The notes: a model not told the origin generated them from the letters alone. DNA of 64,000 nt from Octopus vulgaris (GCA_951406725.2 OX597814.1:1798001-1862000); one strand, 5' to 3'; positions 37,371 to 51,876 are shown, counted from the stretch's first letter. Made by a program: numbers and translations.

Positions 37371-37808
37371 TTCCTTCACAGCAGGAACATAAAACACACA
37401 ACAACAATCGCGACAGTAGCAGCAGCAACAACAACAACAACAACAACAGCAACAACACCGCCAACGACAAAAGTACCAAAGGAATAATGGCAAATTCTTC
37501 GCTGCTTTACTTTTATAATCTTGGAATATTTTCTTCAAAGAGAAGCATGAATGTGATGAGAGGGGAGAAGGAATAGGTAGAGGAGGAGGAGGAGAAGTAG
37601 AAGAAGAAGAAGAAGAGGAATAAGAATAAGAAGAAGGAGAAGGAGAAGAAGAAGAAGAAGAGGGAAGAAGAAGAAGAAGAAGAAGGAGAAGAAGAAGGAG
37701 AAGAAGAAGAAGGAGAAGAAGAAGGAGAAGAAGAAGAAGAAGAAGAAGAAGAAGAAGAAGAATTGGAAGAAGAAGAAGAAGGAGAAGAAGAAGGAGAAGG
37801 AGGAGAAT

Positions 37809-37839
<31 letters not shown>

Positions 37840-37851
37840 AGAGGAAGAAGA

Positions 37852-37882
<31 letters not shown>

Positions 37883-37988
37883 ATAGCGCCAAAATATTGC
37901 AATATAGACTTATAAAAGTAACAGAACTTAGCACAAACATATATATATATATATATATACACACATACATGCACACATATTGATATAG

Positions 37989-38058
<70 letters not shown>

Positions 38059-38279
38059 TTAGCCGTATCAGTTACTATATCAAAGTATCTCAGTCAACAC
38101 TTGTGATGGTGTTGGTAGGGAGAGGGTGGTGGCGGCGGCGGTGGTCTCATGTGTTATCGCCGTGGTGAAGAGTCAGGTGTTAAGCGTGTAACTTTTAATA
38201 CTATCAGGAAACGGGACACAGGCGTTTATCACGGATCTTAGCTGCAAAAGACTCACACACGCAACTGAATGTATGTATG

Positions 38280-38343
<64 letters not shown>

Positions 38344-39317
38344 CATATATTTATAGCATATACATACTTATATATACATATCATATATACATACATACAA
38401 ATATATATATATATATATATATATACAATCTCTCTCTCTGTATATATATATATATATATATATATGTACGTATATACATATATGTATACATGTAAAGGCA
38501 TACATATATATAAAAATATATATAAACATATATATAAATATATCATAAATATGTATGCGTACTTGTGTATATATATATATATTATATATATATTTGTATA
38601 TGTATGTGTATGAGCCTGTATTTGTTTGCATACATTTAATCTGTGTATGTGTGTGCATATGTATACTTAAAAATTTATATATATGTATATATATACATAT
38701 ATATATATATATATGTATATATATACATATGTATGTATATGTATGTATATTATGTATGTATTTAGAAGTGTGTGCGTCTACGCGAGAGTGAATCTTTACG
38801 ATCGTGGTAAGCGTGGTGGTGTATACATGCATATATGAATGTATGCGTGTATAGTAAACCACGTAAGACGTAGAAACATAAGGATATATATACTTATTTT
38901 ATCGACCTCTGAACAGATAAAGACATCGTCAGTTCTAAATGTATCAGAAAACGGAACTGGAATAAAACTTTGGAAGTCTTTGAATAAAAAGAAATTGAAT
39001 ACGTGAGAAAAACAAAGTTTCGTGGTGTTTATGGTGAAGAAACGGCAGCAATTCCATGAGACAGGCACAAACTCGTACAGTCTGCACTAGAAAATAATCA
39101 CACGAGTAAATAATATATACCTTTTTGATATCTCATGAATTATATCATATCAACACCAACTAAATTTAGCTCTATTTGTGTTGGTCACCAATGGATTCAG
39201 TTGAAATGCTTAAAGACATGTTAGCCTAGTTTATGAATACTGCCCACTTCGTTCGTGTGTGTATGTATGCGTGTGGTGCGTGTATGTATGTATGTATGTA
39301 TGTATGTATGTATGTAT

Positions 39318-39634
39318 GCATGTGGCATAGTGGTTAGGGCGTTCGGCTCACGATTGTAAGGTCGTGAGTTCAATTCCCGGCGGCGCGTTGTGTCCTTGAG
39401 CAAGACACTTTATTACACGTTGCTCCAGTCCACTCACCTGACAAAAATGAGTTGTACCTGTATTTCAAAGGGTCTGCCTTGTCACATTCTGTGTCACGAT
39501 GAATCTCCCTGAGAACTACGTTAAGGGTACACGTGTCTGTGGAGTGCTCAGCCACTTGCACGTTAATTTGACGAGTAAGCTGTTCCGTTGATCGTATCAG
39601 CTGGGACCCTCGTCGTCGTTTCCGACGGAGTGCT
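39318..39634 (+). mobile_element. SINE-C
   Basis: tggcatagtggttagg..gagttcaattccc..gttgtgtccttgagcaagacact. Confidence 0.9.
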
Positions 39635-39639
39635 CCTGT

Positions 39640-39677
<38 letters not shown>

Positions 39678-39682
<5 letters not shown>

Positions 39683-39885
39683 GTCAGGATAGAAAATGCT
39701 AAAATAATTTTTATAAAGAACATTTCAGAACCGGTTTCAGCCTTTGAGACCTTTTCAACTGTAACAATTAAATATATAAATTTAGGAAAAATGAAAAGAA
39801 AAGTTTTTTTAAAAGAATATTTGTATAATGTTCAAGTATAAGTGGCATTTTCCTTGTTTCTGCCTTTCTCTGTCTCTCTTGTTTA
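39678..39885 (-). mobile_element. Family G hammerhead-bearing repeat
   Basis: Minus strand cag-TTGAAAA-ggtc-tcaaa-ggct-GAAA-ccgg-TT-ctg (39726-39761); 3' end abuts (TA)n. Confidence 0.75.
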
Positions 39886-39978
39886 CTCTTGTGGCTTCGA
39901 AGTCGTTGGGTCCAGTACACTCACCTGACAAAAATGAATTGTACCTTTATTTCAAAGCGTCAGCTTTGTTACACTTTG

Positions 39979-40065
<87 letters not shown>

Positions 40066-40540
40066 TTATATATACATATATATAATATAAACAGTAAAGC
40101 GAGTAGCCACATCAAAGTGGCAGATAAATGTTACTACTAGTTTAACCCCAGGCGGATTCTCCGTTCACTGGCTTTCAATGCAAGCTCTGCACCTGAGCTG
40201 ACAAATGTTTTTTAACGTACTGACTACTTGGTAAAATTATTAATTGTTAATTAATTAATTTTACCCTATATCATTATTATTATTATTATTATATATATAA
40301 AATGAATGAGGGAAAGGGAAATTGGAGTTTGAAAGAATCTCATTCATTGTACTCTGCGGAATTCCTGATGTAGATGCTGTGACAATTATATCATAACTGT
40401 GGATGACATCAGGTAGCCTAAACGGTGAAAGTGCTTTTATCGGCATATTACAAACCATATACCCATGGTCCAAATAAATACTTATTTATATATATGTGTT
40501 TGTGTGTGTTTGTATACATATACATACATACACATCTATT

Positions 40541-40615
<75 letters not shown>

Positions 40616-40656
40616 AGATATATAGATATAGATATATACAAAATGGCATCAGCTGA

Positions 40657-40732
40657 AGAAATCCGGCATGAGATCGAACCAGGGTCTTTATATGATTGGA
40701 AGTGACTTTTTAACCACTCAACTATACGGCGC
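40657..40732 (-). pseudogene. Solo tRNA-like sequence
   Basis: TAGTTGAGTGG A-box and GGTTCGATC B-box at tRNA-like spacing; resembles 35305-35372. Confidence 0.45.
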
Positions 40733-41160
40733 ACCCACATAGTACACCACAACCGTACCACTAGTCTTTCCTATTCAAGATGATTAAATAATTATAATTT
40801 TCTGACCCCTCTACCTTAGAGCAATTGTTCACATATCTGGGGAGATTTTGATGCTACGAAAAAATCCACCGTAGAACCACTTTAGACGAATATTTTGGAC
40901 AAAAGAGCCTCCATATCGACTAATTTCACCCTCACACAGAAAAGAAAGCCTATTTTACTGCCCCTTATTCAATCCCTAACTTCATATTATAACTGACTCA
41001 CAAAAATGCTGTTTTTTTCTTCCTTCCCCTATTCTTCAAAAATGACGTCCTTTCCTCTTTACTTGTACACCGTTTATACTGTTAAATAGATCCACGCAAT
41101 ACATGTTCTACATTTTATCAATTCACACTTATTCTATATCAAACACTAAAACTACCTACG

Positions 41161-41545
<385 letters not shown>

Positions 41546-42857
41546 GGCGTCCCGATGGTCAGGCGATCCATTTGCTGTCAACACCCGTTAAAAGGAGGGC
41601 TGGGCATGCCGTGGTTGATGATGCGCAGACACGCGCTGAGACTGCGACATCTCTGGCTCTATGTAGACGACGGTGAACAGGTGTGGTCGCCGTTTGTGAG
41701 GCACGCTTTCCCGCAGCTCGTCTCCATGACCGAACTGCAGTCGTGGATCAAAAAGAGGCCGAAGAAGGGCGAATGGCACCGCGAGTGTCGCGTTGCTCTC
41801 AAGCAACTCTGCCGTCCTGGGTCGACCTTGAGTGACTTCAACACAACCAAAGCATTCTATAGGGGTTTAGTGGAGGGGAGGTACGACGACGAGCTCGGGG
41901 CGAACCTGGACGTCGACGAGGAGTACCTGACCCGCCTGTTCAGGACGACTTTCGGGCCAGGGCCCATGGACAACTTCCAGAGATCCCTGGCCTGGCAGTG
42001 CTACCGAGAAGCGCTACCCGTTCGGGATAAGATCTACAGACACGGCTCGAGAAACACGGGGCCGACCTGCCCGAGATGCGGTCAGAGCGACGAAACCGTT
42101 CTGCACGCACTCGTGCAGTGTCCAACAATTTCCGACCTGTGGGCTTATGTCGAACAACTGCTGTCACGTGTGGGACGAGTCGGTTTATCAGCTGAGTCTA
42201 TCGTCAATATTGTCACGCCTCCTTCCTTCAAACGGGAAGGAAGAGCTATTTTCATCATCCTTGTGGCTATGGCGAAAGAATGCGTCTGGTGGACGCGTCT
42301 GAAAGGATTGGAGACAAACACTTTCCTCTCTGGTCAATCTCTCATCAACTTCTTCAAGTACCACTTGAAAAGGAAAGTGAGAGTAGAGAGGCAAGTTTTG
42401 TCTAGCGAATGTTTAAAAAAAAGATGGGTGAATGTAGCAAGAATGGCACGTATGAATGACGAAGCCACCTTGAGCATGATCCTATGAACCCAGAAATTGA
42501 AAACAGAGAGTTGCTTATTCGCAAAAAAAAAAAAAGAAATATAACATGTGACTCCATTGACCGAGGTTACCGTGGTCTTTTCCGTAGGCTTTTCTTTCCA
42601 CGGGTAAACCTCACCTGTCCTCCCCTTTACACTTCATATTGACATTTCTGTGATAACGATCCCTATTGATCAATTTTTTTTTCCTCTCCCCCTTTTTTTA
42701 ACCCCCCTTTTTGTCCTCTTTCTCTCCTTTTACGATCCCTTTTGATCGAAACTCCCCCTTCCTTTTTTTTTTTTTTTTTTTAAACCTTCAAAAGAAAAGC
42801 TCTACCTTGTAATTTGTTCTATCTGTGTGCAGCCCTGTGTGGCTAATAAAGAAACAT
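41546..42857 (+). mobile_element. L1/Tx1-clade LINE, 5'-truncated young copy (ORF2 C-terminus, intact frame to 42487)
   Basis: GGLGMP post-RT motif, CPRCGQSDETVLHALVQC zinc knuckle, pyrimidine-rich 3' UTR with gaggttaccgtgg/ccacgggtaaacctc hairpin, AATAAA near the end. Confidence 0.9.
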
Positions 42858-42865
42858 ATCTATCT

Positions 42866-43371
42866 GGCGAAAGAATGTATCTGGTGGACGCGTCTGGAAG
42901 GATTAGAGACAAATACTTTCCTCTCTGGTCAATCTCTCATAAACTTCTTCAAGTGTCACTTGAAAAGGAAAGTGAGAGTAGAGAGGCAAGTTTTGTCTAG
43001 CGAATGTTTCAAGGATGACACGCATGAATGACGAAGCCACCTTGAGCATGATCCTATGAACCCGGAAAAATTTAAAACGAGAGTTACTTACTTGCAAATA
43101 AATGTGTTAACATGTGACATTATTGACCGAGGTTGCCGTGGTCTTTTCCGTAGGCTTTTCTTTCTACGGATAAACCTTATCTGCTTTCCCCTTTACACTT
43201 TACATCATGACATTTCTGTGATACACGATCCCTATTGATTGTTTTTTCCCCTTTCTACGATCCCTTTTGATCGAAAACCTACCCCATCTTTTTTTCTCTC
43301 CCCCAAAAGAAAAGCTCTACTTTGTAATTCGTCCCATCTGTGTCCAGCCCTGTGTGGCTAATAAAAAACAT
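42866..43371 (+). mobile_element. Second, shorter copy of the same Tx1-like LINE in tandem
   Basis: Homologous to 42271-42857; separated from the first by atctatct. Confidence 0.9.
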
Positions 43372-44102
43372 ATCTGTCTTTCTATCTATCTTTCTATCCA
43401 TTTATTTGCGTGTCTGTCTACCTACCTATCTATCTATCTGTCTGTCTGTATATATTATAAATATCATATATACTCACCCCTCTCTCTACATCTGTCATTT
43501 TGTCTCTGTCTGTCTGTCCCTCTCACCCTTTCTCTCTCTCTCTCTTTCCTCTCTTTCCCCTTCTGACCCACACTATCTATCTATCTATCTGTCTGTCTGT
43601 CTTGTTATCTATCCATCTAAGCATTGTCCACAACAAGTATATTGTAACCATTCAAGAAACTACAAAAACATTAAAACCATTTAAGAAATCTATTTACAGA
43701 AAATACACAATTTTTGTCATCTCTGTTGCTTATATTTCATCCTCTTACTTCAGCCCCCTAAACTCGCTTCCTCTTCCTATACATCTCTTTTTCCTTCTCT
43801 CTTATTTCTCTCTATTTCTCCAACATACACTTCTTTTACTATTTTCTCCCCCCCCCCCACCGCCACTCTCTCTTTAGCATGTGTCTGTTATTCCTTCTTC
43901 TTCTCTATCGGGTCTCACTGGTTCCAACACCATATATCAATGCCTGCGGCGTTTTACACCGACCGCCATCTTGATTTGTTCGTTTGTCGTCTGAAACGGC
44001 AGTGATTAGATCTGCCACCTGAAACTTGATATACACAACTAAACGGCAATGTGCACTCACTAGTAAAGTATAGTGGGATTCATATATACATAAATACATA
44101 TT

Positions 44103-44179
<77 letters not shown>

Positions 44180-44202
44180 TATATATACGTATACGTACAT
44201 GA

Positions 44203-44253
<51 letters not shown>

Positions 44254-44393
44254 TATAATATACACAATATATATATATATATGATATATAATATACACTA
44301 TAATATTTATCACATATCTATATCTTTTATATATGTCCCCCGTGTATATACACACACACATATGTAAATGTGGTTATAGGTATAGATGTATGA

Positions 44394-44451
<58 letters not shown>

Positions 44452-44598
44452 ACAAACGTATATAAATACCTACAAAAATTTATATAATTTTTCTCTTTCT
44501 CTTTCTCTCTCTCCTCCCCTCTCTTATATCTGATAAATATGCATGCACCAACAAACCTGTGTACTAATGTATATCTACCTACCTACCTACATAACTAC

Positions 44599-44636
<38 letters not shown>

Positions 44637-44637
44637 C

Positions 44638-44698
<61 letters not shown>

Positions 44699-44699
44699 A

Positions 44700-44773
<74 letters not shown>

Positions 44774-44775
44774 TG

Positions 44776-44819
<44 letters not shown>

Positions 44820-44821
44820 TG

Positions 44822-45143
44822 TAATAAGGTAGACAATGGAAGCAGATATAATAATCCTTTATTTATTTACCCATATAAATAAATAATTTTCCGACAAATG
44901 TTTCTACTTAGTTTATAAATATTTTTAAATGGTGCAACAAAGAATTTCGCTGGAATCCTCGAAGAAACTGTTTTTATTAAATGCATTGTATTGACAATTA
45001 TTTAATTATTTATTTATTTAATAAACTAATTAAGATAGATATACACTTAGTAATTAAGCAGAAACATATGTCGGAAAATTATTTATTTACATGGGTAAAC
45101 AAATAAAGGATTATTATATCTGCTTCCATTGTCTACCTTATTA
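44822..45143. repeat. Fold-back element (~90-bp arms)
   Basis: taataaggtagacaatggaagcagatataataatcc.. / ..GAAACATATGTCggaaaattatt..gtctaccttatta. Confidence 0.92.
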
Positions 45144-45248
45144 ATTTTCTCGGGACGTACTACAATTTAACTGGAATTAATACAGTGTGTGGTCAAAACC
45201 AAATTTGAGACGGAATTCATATCTACCGGGAATTGTCTCCCTATTTTG

Positions 45249-45320
<72 letters not shown>

Positions 45321-45565
45321 GAATGGTGAATTTCACCAGTGCCACCTAGCCAAGCAGCTACTATGTGTTGATAAAGAGCAATAACCCAGAAACCAGTCTG
45401 GAGACTTTGCCTTGTGCTGGATGGGTGTGCTGGCCTCCCTGTTCAAAAATATAAGGACACAGATATTGTGCTGTGTAGCCAGCTGGAAAGGACGTCTCCT
45501 GGGGCTAAACAACAGTAACATTTGTCCCATCCAGGACAGCCCTATTATGTGGGCAAACAACATTT

Positions 45566-45632
<67 letters not shown>

Positions 45633-45801
45633 TCTTTATTAATAAAGCTGCAAAGATATCACATAATGTGTTACTCGGAGTTCTACGTCCCCGTTCGTCG
45701 GACAATTTCTTTTCAGTTTTATCAGTAACGATTATTACTCTACCTCCGGTATTAGAGCACTGTGTTTTTCCACCTTCTTTCACATTTATATGCTTACCCT
45801 G

Positions 45802-45907
<106 letters not shown>

Positions 45908-46707
45908 TTACACACACATACACACGCATAAATATATAAGCACATATATATGTAGTCATGTATATATGCATTTGTATGTATATATGTATATATATACATA
46001 TATATATATATATATGTATTTATATGTATATATATGTATATATATATATACTTACACACACATACACACGCATAAATATATAAGCACATATATATGTAGT
46101 CATGTATATATGCATTTGTATGTATATATGTATATATATACATATATATATATATATGTATTTATATGTATATATATGTATATATATGTACTTACACACA
46201 CATACACACGCATACATATATATGCACATATATATGTAGTCATGTATATATGCATTTGTATGTATATATGTATATATATATATGCACATATATATGTATT
46301 TATATGTATGCGCATATATATATATATATATATGCATATATGTATGTATGTATATATATGCGTGTGTGTGTGTGTGTGTGCGTGTTGGGTGGCTATACAA
46401 TGCCTTACTGGTTCTGAAAGCATGTGATGCAGTGTTGTGAGTTCTTGTAACTATAATCCAATCAAAGGATAAACTTAGGAGGAAGTAAGCTCTTATATCT
46501 AAGTGGATGGTGATGCTATCTATATTTTCAAACACCCACACGGACGCATGCACGTACACACGCACATGCACAAGGACACAAGTGTGTGTGTGTTTGTGTG
46601 TTTACGTATGTATGTAATCATTTAAACACTCAGAATGCATATATATATATGTGCATATATATATAAATATATATATGCATACGTATACATATATATATAT
46701 ATATATG

Positions 46708-46800
<93 letters not shown>

Positions 46801-46880
46801 CACATACATAGACATATCTGCATAAACATGCATATATTTATATACGCACACATATATACATATGCATAGACTTATCTGTT

Positions 46881-46911
<31 letters not shown>

Positions 46912-46943
46912 TTGTGCATGCATATTGTATATGTATATATATA

Positions 46944-46983
<40 letters not shown>

Positions 46984-47149
46984 AATCACTTTGTGTATGT
47001 ACACACACAAGCACAAACGCGTATGTGTGTGTGTGTACATATACATATATACATATATATATATACACATTAGTTTTGCATAATGTCCACCTGTAGTGAA
47101 TATGGAACAGCTCAAAATACATCGCTAAGAATCATATACCCCTTATATA

Positions 47150-47460
47150 AAAAGAACTACCCTTCCTGTTGGGTGCATCAAAGAAAAAGATGAAATTTTA
47201 CCCAGAATTCCTTTAAGAGCATTAGTCGTACCCATTCGATTTAGGAAAAATTAAGTTTCCAAAACGCTTTAGCTTCGCTTTGTGATTCACTAAATTCCTA
47301 TAACGAACACTGACGGTTGCTGGACTTAGTCTTGAAGAATATTTCTTTGATAATAGACAATCTCATGTAGAATGGTCACGTGTTGGAACACCTTTCCATT
47401 ATGAGCCATTTTGTCCCTGCTGCTAAAAGTAAAAATATTGAGTAACCAAAGGTGCTAACA
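47150..47460 (+). pseudogene. Helitron/PIF1-like helicase C-terminal fossil
   Basis: VPIRFRK..KFP..LTVAGLSLEEYFFDNRQSHVEWSRVGTP..KSKNIE*PKVL, cf. PFEFKRLQFP..LKVAGLDL..FSHGQLYVACSRVG..TKNIVYPEVL. Confidence 0.7.
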
Positions 47461-47547
47461 GGGGAGTGTTCAGAATGACCTTTGCTATGGAGGGTACAAC
47501 AACAATGTTATGTATTATGTAAACAAAAGATTTTGATTTATTTTCTT

Positions 47548-48200
47548 TCTTCTGCCAACCTATTATGTGGTGTGTTTTCCTCGGCGAATTTATGGTGGAA
47601 ATGTCTTTTGACGTCTATTTTTCAGTGCGTGGTGAGGCACAAAACAAGCCCTTGTTATAATTATGTATAAAATTATAAAATATTTATAAAATTTACCTAT
47701 GAGGTTTTATTTCCGCGCTGACCACTTGGTAAAAATCATTTATGATTTTACTCTTTATTATTATTATTATAATTAATATTTGAAAAATATTTACTCCTTG
47801 ATCAAACCTGTATTGACTGCAGACTTGATCTTTAACACATTGCACGAGGCTATAATAGAGGGATATGAATTCTACTTCGTAGCATATTTCTGCGAGTCTC
47901 GACGAGTATAATCGAAGCGAAGACGCAGCTCGCTTACATATCCGTGGCCACTCGTATATTTATGCCTGGGTATACTGACACTGATGAAGGCAAAAGGTAA
48001 TCTTTTTTATTACTTTATGCTCGAAACACGATCATGTACACGGTTAACCAAAGTTTTTATTCAATTCTCTTTCTTCTGCCATCCTATTATGTGGTGTTTT
48101 TCTCGGAGAATTTATGGTGGTAATAGTGTCTTCTGACGTCTATTTTTCAGTATGTGGTGAGGCACAAGCCAAGCCCTTGTGATAGTTGTGTATATAATTA
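47548..48200 (+). mobile_element. Partial-tandem repeat (~125-bp direct repeats ~525 bp apart) containing a hammerhead-like motif; Penelope pLTR-like
   Basis: Repeats 47548-47670 and 48071-48195; CTGATGA at 47981, 13-bp imperfect stem II, GAAAC at 48023. Confidence 0.65.
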
Positions 48201-48242
48201 TAAATTATGTAAAGTAGGGTTTGTTTCACCACAAGGTTCCAA

Positions 48243-48800
48243 GCCTTACTGTTGTGTGGTGGCTTGTATCCCCCGCTGATTCTAATAACTACGGCAGCGT
48301 CTGCGCGAGCTCCAGGTAGGGCCTATCATACTGGACAGATCAAAGGATCGAGGCCTGACTAACACGTGCCGCCAATTCCCAAAAGTAAAAATGTATAGAT
48401 GGGTTGGTTGTTGAGCCTCCTAATGTGGCTCACTGGAAGGCTGTAATCTCATTTGGTAGTAAACCTGGATGAAGAATATATAAACAAGGTTGTAACTTTA
48501 AATACGTTTATTGTGGCCACACGTATATACACAACTGAATGATAAATGGAATGGTTGGTGCGTGGAGGCCAAGGTCCTCTGTGCTTTTGCTCCTATCTGC
48601 CGGCTGACGTGTGGTGTGGGAGAGAGCCAGTCAAGTTACGTCCTCCCAAGTTTGTGTGCCAGTGCAGAAAAAGGCAGAGGTGAGCGTTGCGTAACGCCCT
48701 CTATATATGGCCAGCTTGTTCGAACCCGCTGTCAAGGGGGGTAACTGCGCCTACAAATGGATTTGCGTAGAGCTTTCACTCCGCCCTAGAAAAGTATAAA
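48243..48800 (+). mobile_element. Possible RTE-clade LINE 5' UTR remnant
   Basis: gtggtggcttgt..ccaggtagggc..ggacagatcaaagga..gaggcctgactaa resembles RTE 5' UTRs as I recall them; no ORF. Confidence 0.35.
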
Positions 48801-48910
48801 GAAAACAAAGATAGAGAAGCATCGATGATTATTCAAACCCGACAAGACTTAGAAGAGGAGAAGAGGAGAGAAAAGTTGTGAGACAAAAGGTTTCTTCAGA
48901 CTATCTGGTC

Positions 48911-48979
48911 TTATATTTATGCTAATTTATATTTATGCTAATTTATATTTATGCTAATTTATATTTATGCTAATTTATA
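48911..48979. repeat. 16-bp minisatellite x4
   Basis: (tatatttatgctaatt)4. Confidence 0.95.
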
Positions 48980-49189
48980 CCTAGGATTTTCAGTTAATAC
49001 GATATATTTCTTAGAAAATGAATCTTCGTCTGGAAAGAGACTATGATTAGGAAAGCCATAATTTGATAGGTTATCGATTAGGTAAACCATCGGTTATTTA
49101 ATAAAATTTACAAAGGGTGATTTACGAAAGCTAAACTGTTGCACGAACAGAAGGAATTGAATGGAGATAGTTTCTTATTTTCTTTTATT

Positions 49190-49758
49190 TGATTGACTCC
49201 CTGGACTGCGGTCATGCTGGAGCACTGCCTTGTTTAAGTCGAACACATCCACCCCAGTACTTATCCTGCTTTTTAAGTTTGGTGTTTACTCTATCGGCCT
49301 ATTTTGCCGAACCGCTAGGTTACAGGGACGGGTGATAAGCTGGGGGCGAGGACAAACAGACAAAAGCATACATACATACATTTGTATGTGTATATACAGG
49401 GTGTCCCAAAAAAATGTATACACATAGTGGTTCGGCAAAAGAGAACGATAGAATAAGTGCTAGGCTTACAAAGAATAACAAATTTACAATTATTTAAGGT
49501 ATGTATACATTTTTTTGGGACACCCTGTATATATATATAAAGATGGGTAAGAAGATAGATAACTACACACATACGCACTCAAACACTCAGACACTCACAC
49601 ACATGTATATGTAGGGCGGGCATGCCGTCTATCGAATTCTCTCACAAGGCATTGGTCGGCCTTTGTAGAAGACACTTGCCCAAAGTGCCGCGCAGTGGGA
49701 TTGAACCCAGGACCATGTGGTTGCAAAGTGGTTTTCGTAACCACACAGCCATGCCTGC
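49190..49758 (-). mobile_element. Degenerate SINE-A interrupted by a MITE
   Basis: Tail 49190-49360, head 49620-49758. Confidence 0.75.
49397..49527. mobile_element. Tc1/mariner-type MITE (131 bp)
   Basis: TA|cagggtgtcccaaaaaaatgtataca ... tgtatacatttttttgggacaccctg|TA. Confidence 0.9.
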
Positions 49759-49855
49759 ACACATATCGATATGTTTTACTGTGGATATTAGCCATTTCTG
49801 CAGTAAAAATCATGTGTTTATCCAAAATGTTTAGCAAAAACTTGTAGTAATATCA

Positions 49856-50250
49856 TTTTCTACTCTTGGCACAAGGCCCGAAATTTTGGGGAAGGGCGCC
49901 AGTCGATTACATCGACCCCTGTACGCAACTGGTACTTAATTTATCGACCCCGAAATGATGAAAGGTAAAGTTGACCTCGGCATACTAAGCATTTAGCCCG
50001 GCGTGCTAACGTTTCATATTTCTTTATTGACCACAAGGGGCTAAACATAGAGGGGACAAACAAGGACAGACAAGGGGATTAAGTCAATTACATCGACCCC
50101 AGTGTGTAACTGGTACTTAATTTATCGACCCCGAAAGTATGAAAGGTAACGTCGACCTCAGCGGAATTTGAACTCAGAACGCAGCGGCAGACGAAATACC
50201 GCTAAGCATTTCGTCCGGCGTGCTAACGTTTCTGCCAAGCTCGCCGCCTT
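49856..50250 (-). mobile_element. SINE-B dimer
   Basis: Two cores; second unit restarts at gaaacgttagc and has an internal deletion. Confidence 0.9.
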
Positions 50251-50348
50251 ATACTTGTAACGGTATTGAAATGAGACATAGCTGTATTAAATATATTTAA
50301 GCTTTTCTAATTTTTAAGTGTTGAGAATTTTTGTTGTTGTTGTTGTTG

Positions 50349-50425
<77 letters not shown>

Positions 50426-50428
<3 letters not shown>

Positions 50429-51316
50429 TAGTATATTTTTTATAGCATACTTTCACTTCACTACCGAGCGCAGCTCTGTGTGCCTTAGGTATGTGCTGTG
50501 ATTTGTTGTGATGCTCTGATGGTTATTGTATGGAAAGTGTTCTGCGTAGGATGTGTGCAGTGCCTAGTAGTGCAATTTTCAGTATGTTATATGTGTTTGT
50601 AAGTCCTGGTGTTTTTGTTATGTATTTGTGTGAATATTTTTTTATCATGCCTAAAGCGCCGACTTTGATAGGAATTGTTTCTGTTTTCAGATTCCACATT
50701 CTAGTTACCTCTATTTCCAGGTCTTTGTATTTTGAGAGATTCTTCATTTCTTTTAGAGACACGTTGTCATCTGCTGGTATTGATTCATCTATTATAAAGC
50801 ATTTTTTTCTTCATGATCTCTGACAAATATATCTGGTCTGTTGGCCTTAATTTTTCTATCTGTGTGTATTGGCATATCCCTTAGTTTGGTTACTTTCTCG
50901 TTTTCTGTGACCTTTTCTGGTGTGTGCCTATACCATCTTTTTTCTGTTGTTATTCCATAATGTTGGCATAGCTTCCAATGTATGTAGGTTCCAACTCTGT
51001 CATGTCTGTGAATATATTCCTTCTTAGCCAGGACTGGGCAGCTAGAGATAACATGATTTATTGTTTCTTGTCCATCTCCACATATTCTGCAGTTACTTGT
51101 TATATTTCTTTTCATTACATGTTTTTGGTAATTTCTGGTGGGGAGGCTTTGGTCTTGTGCTGCAATTGAAAATCCCTCTGTCTCTGCTTTGAGTCCTGAG
51201 CTTCTCAACCATTGCTGGGATTTTTCTTTGTCTATTTCTTTTGCGTTTAGTTTAGTCCAGTATTTACCATGAAGGGGCTTTTCTTGCCATCGTTTTATCA
51301 TGGTTCGTTGCTGTTC
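50426..51316 (-). mobile_element. R4/Dong-like RLE non-LTR retrotransposon 3' fragment inside (AAT)n
   Basis: W..KPLHG, AAQDQ, CRICGDGQETINHVISSC zinc knuckle, RHD, RPD, KYKDL, GALG; both junctions in (AAT)n. Confidence 0.95.
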
Positions 51317-51370
<54 letters not shown>

Positions 51371-51384
51371 CATTATCATCATCA

Positions 51385-51467
<83 letters not shown>

Positions 51468-51801
51468 GAGTGAGAGAGCAGTGCATGCCATCAAAGTGAC
51501 ACTGGGGTAAAATATACGAAGCCCAGTATACCCATCATGACTACCCGTCTGATAAGGGTACACTAGGCACATGCATCACAACCATATGTGCGCGACATGG
51601 TGATCTCATATCAAGATAAACAGCACATGACCTTGCAGGTGGGGCCCAGTTAGAATGTTGTTCTGGTCAAGTAGCCCATCCTGCACAAAAGGTCCGTGAA
51701 TAAGGGTTGTTTAAGGATGTTGAACGAAACACCCCTGTTTCCAAAGGTGAATTATACAAGCCCCAAAGAATTCCTCTCAACACATGGCTATGATGCTCCC
51801 C

Positions 51802-51802
<1 letters not shown>
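51468..51802 (-). mobile_element. Element E, 5'-truncated, inside (AAT)n
   Basis: Reverse complement of the E 3' half; (ATT)n on both sides. Confidence 0.9.
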
Positions 51803-51876
<74 letters not shown>

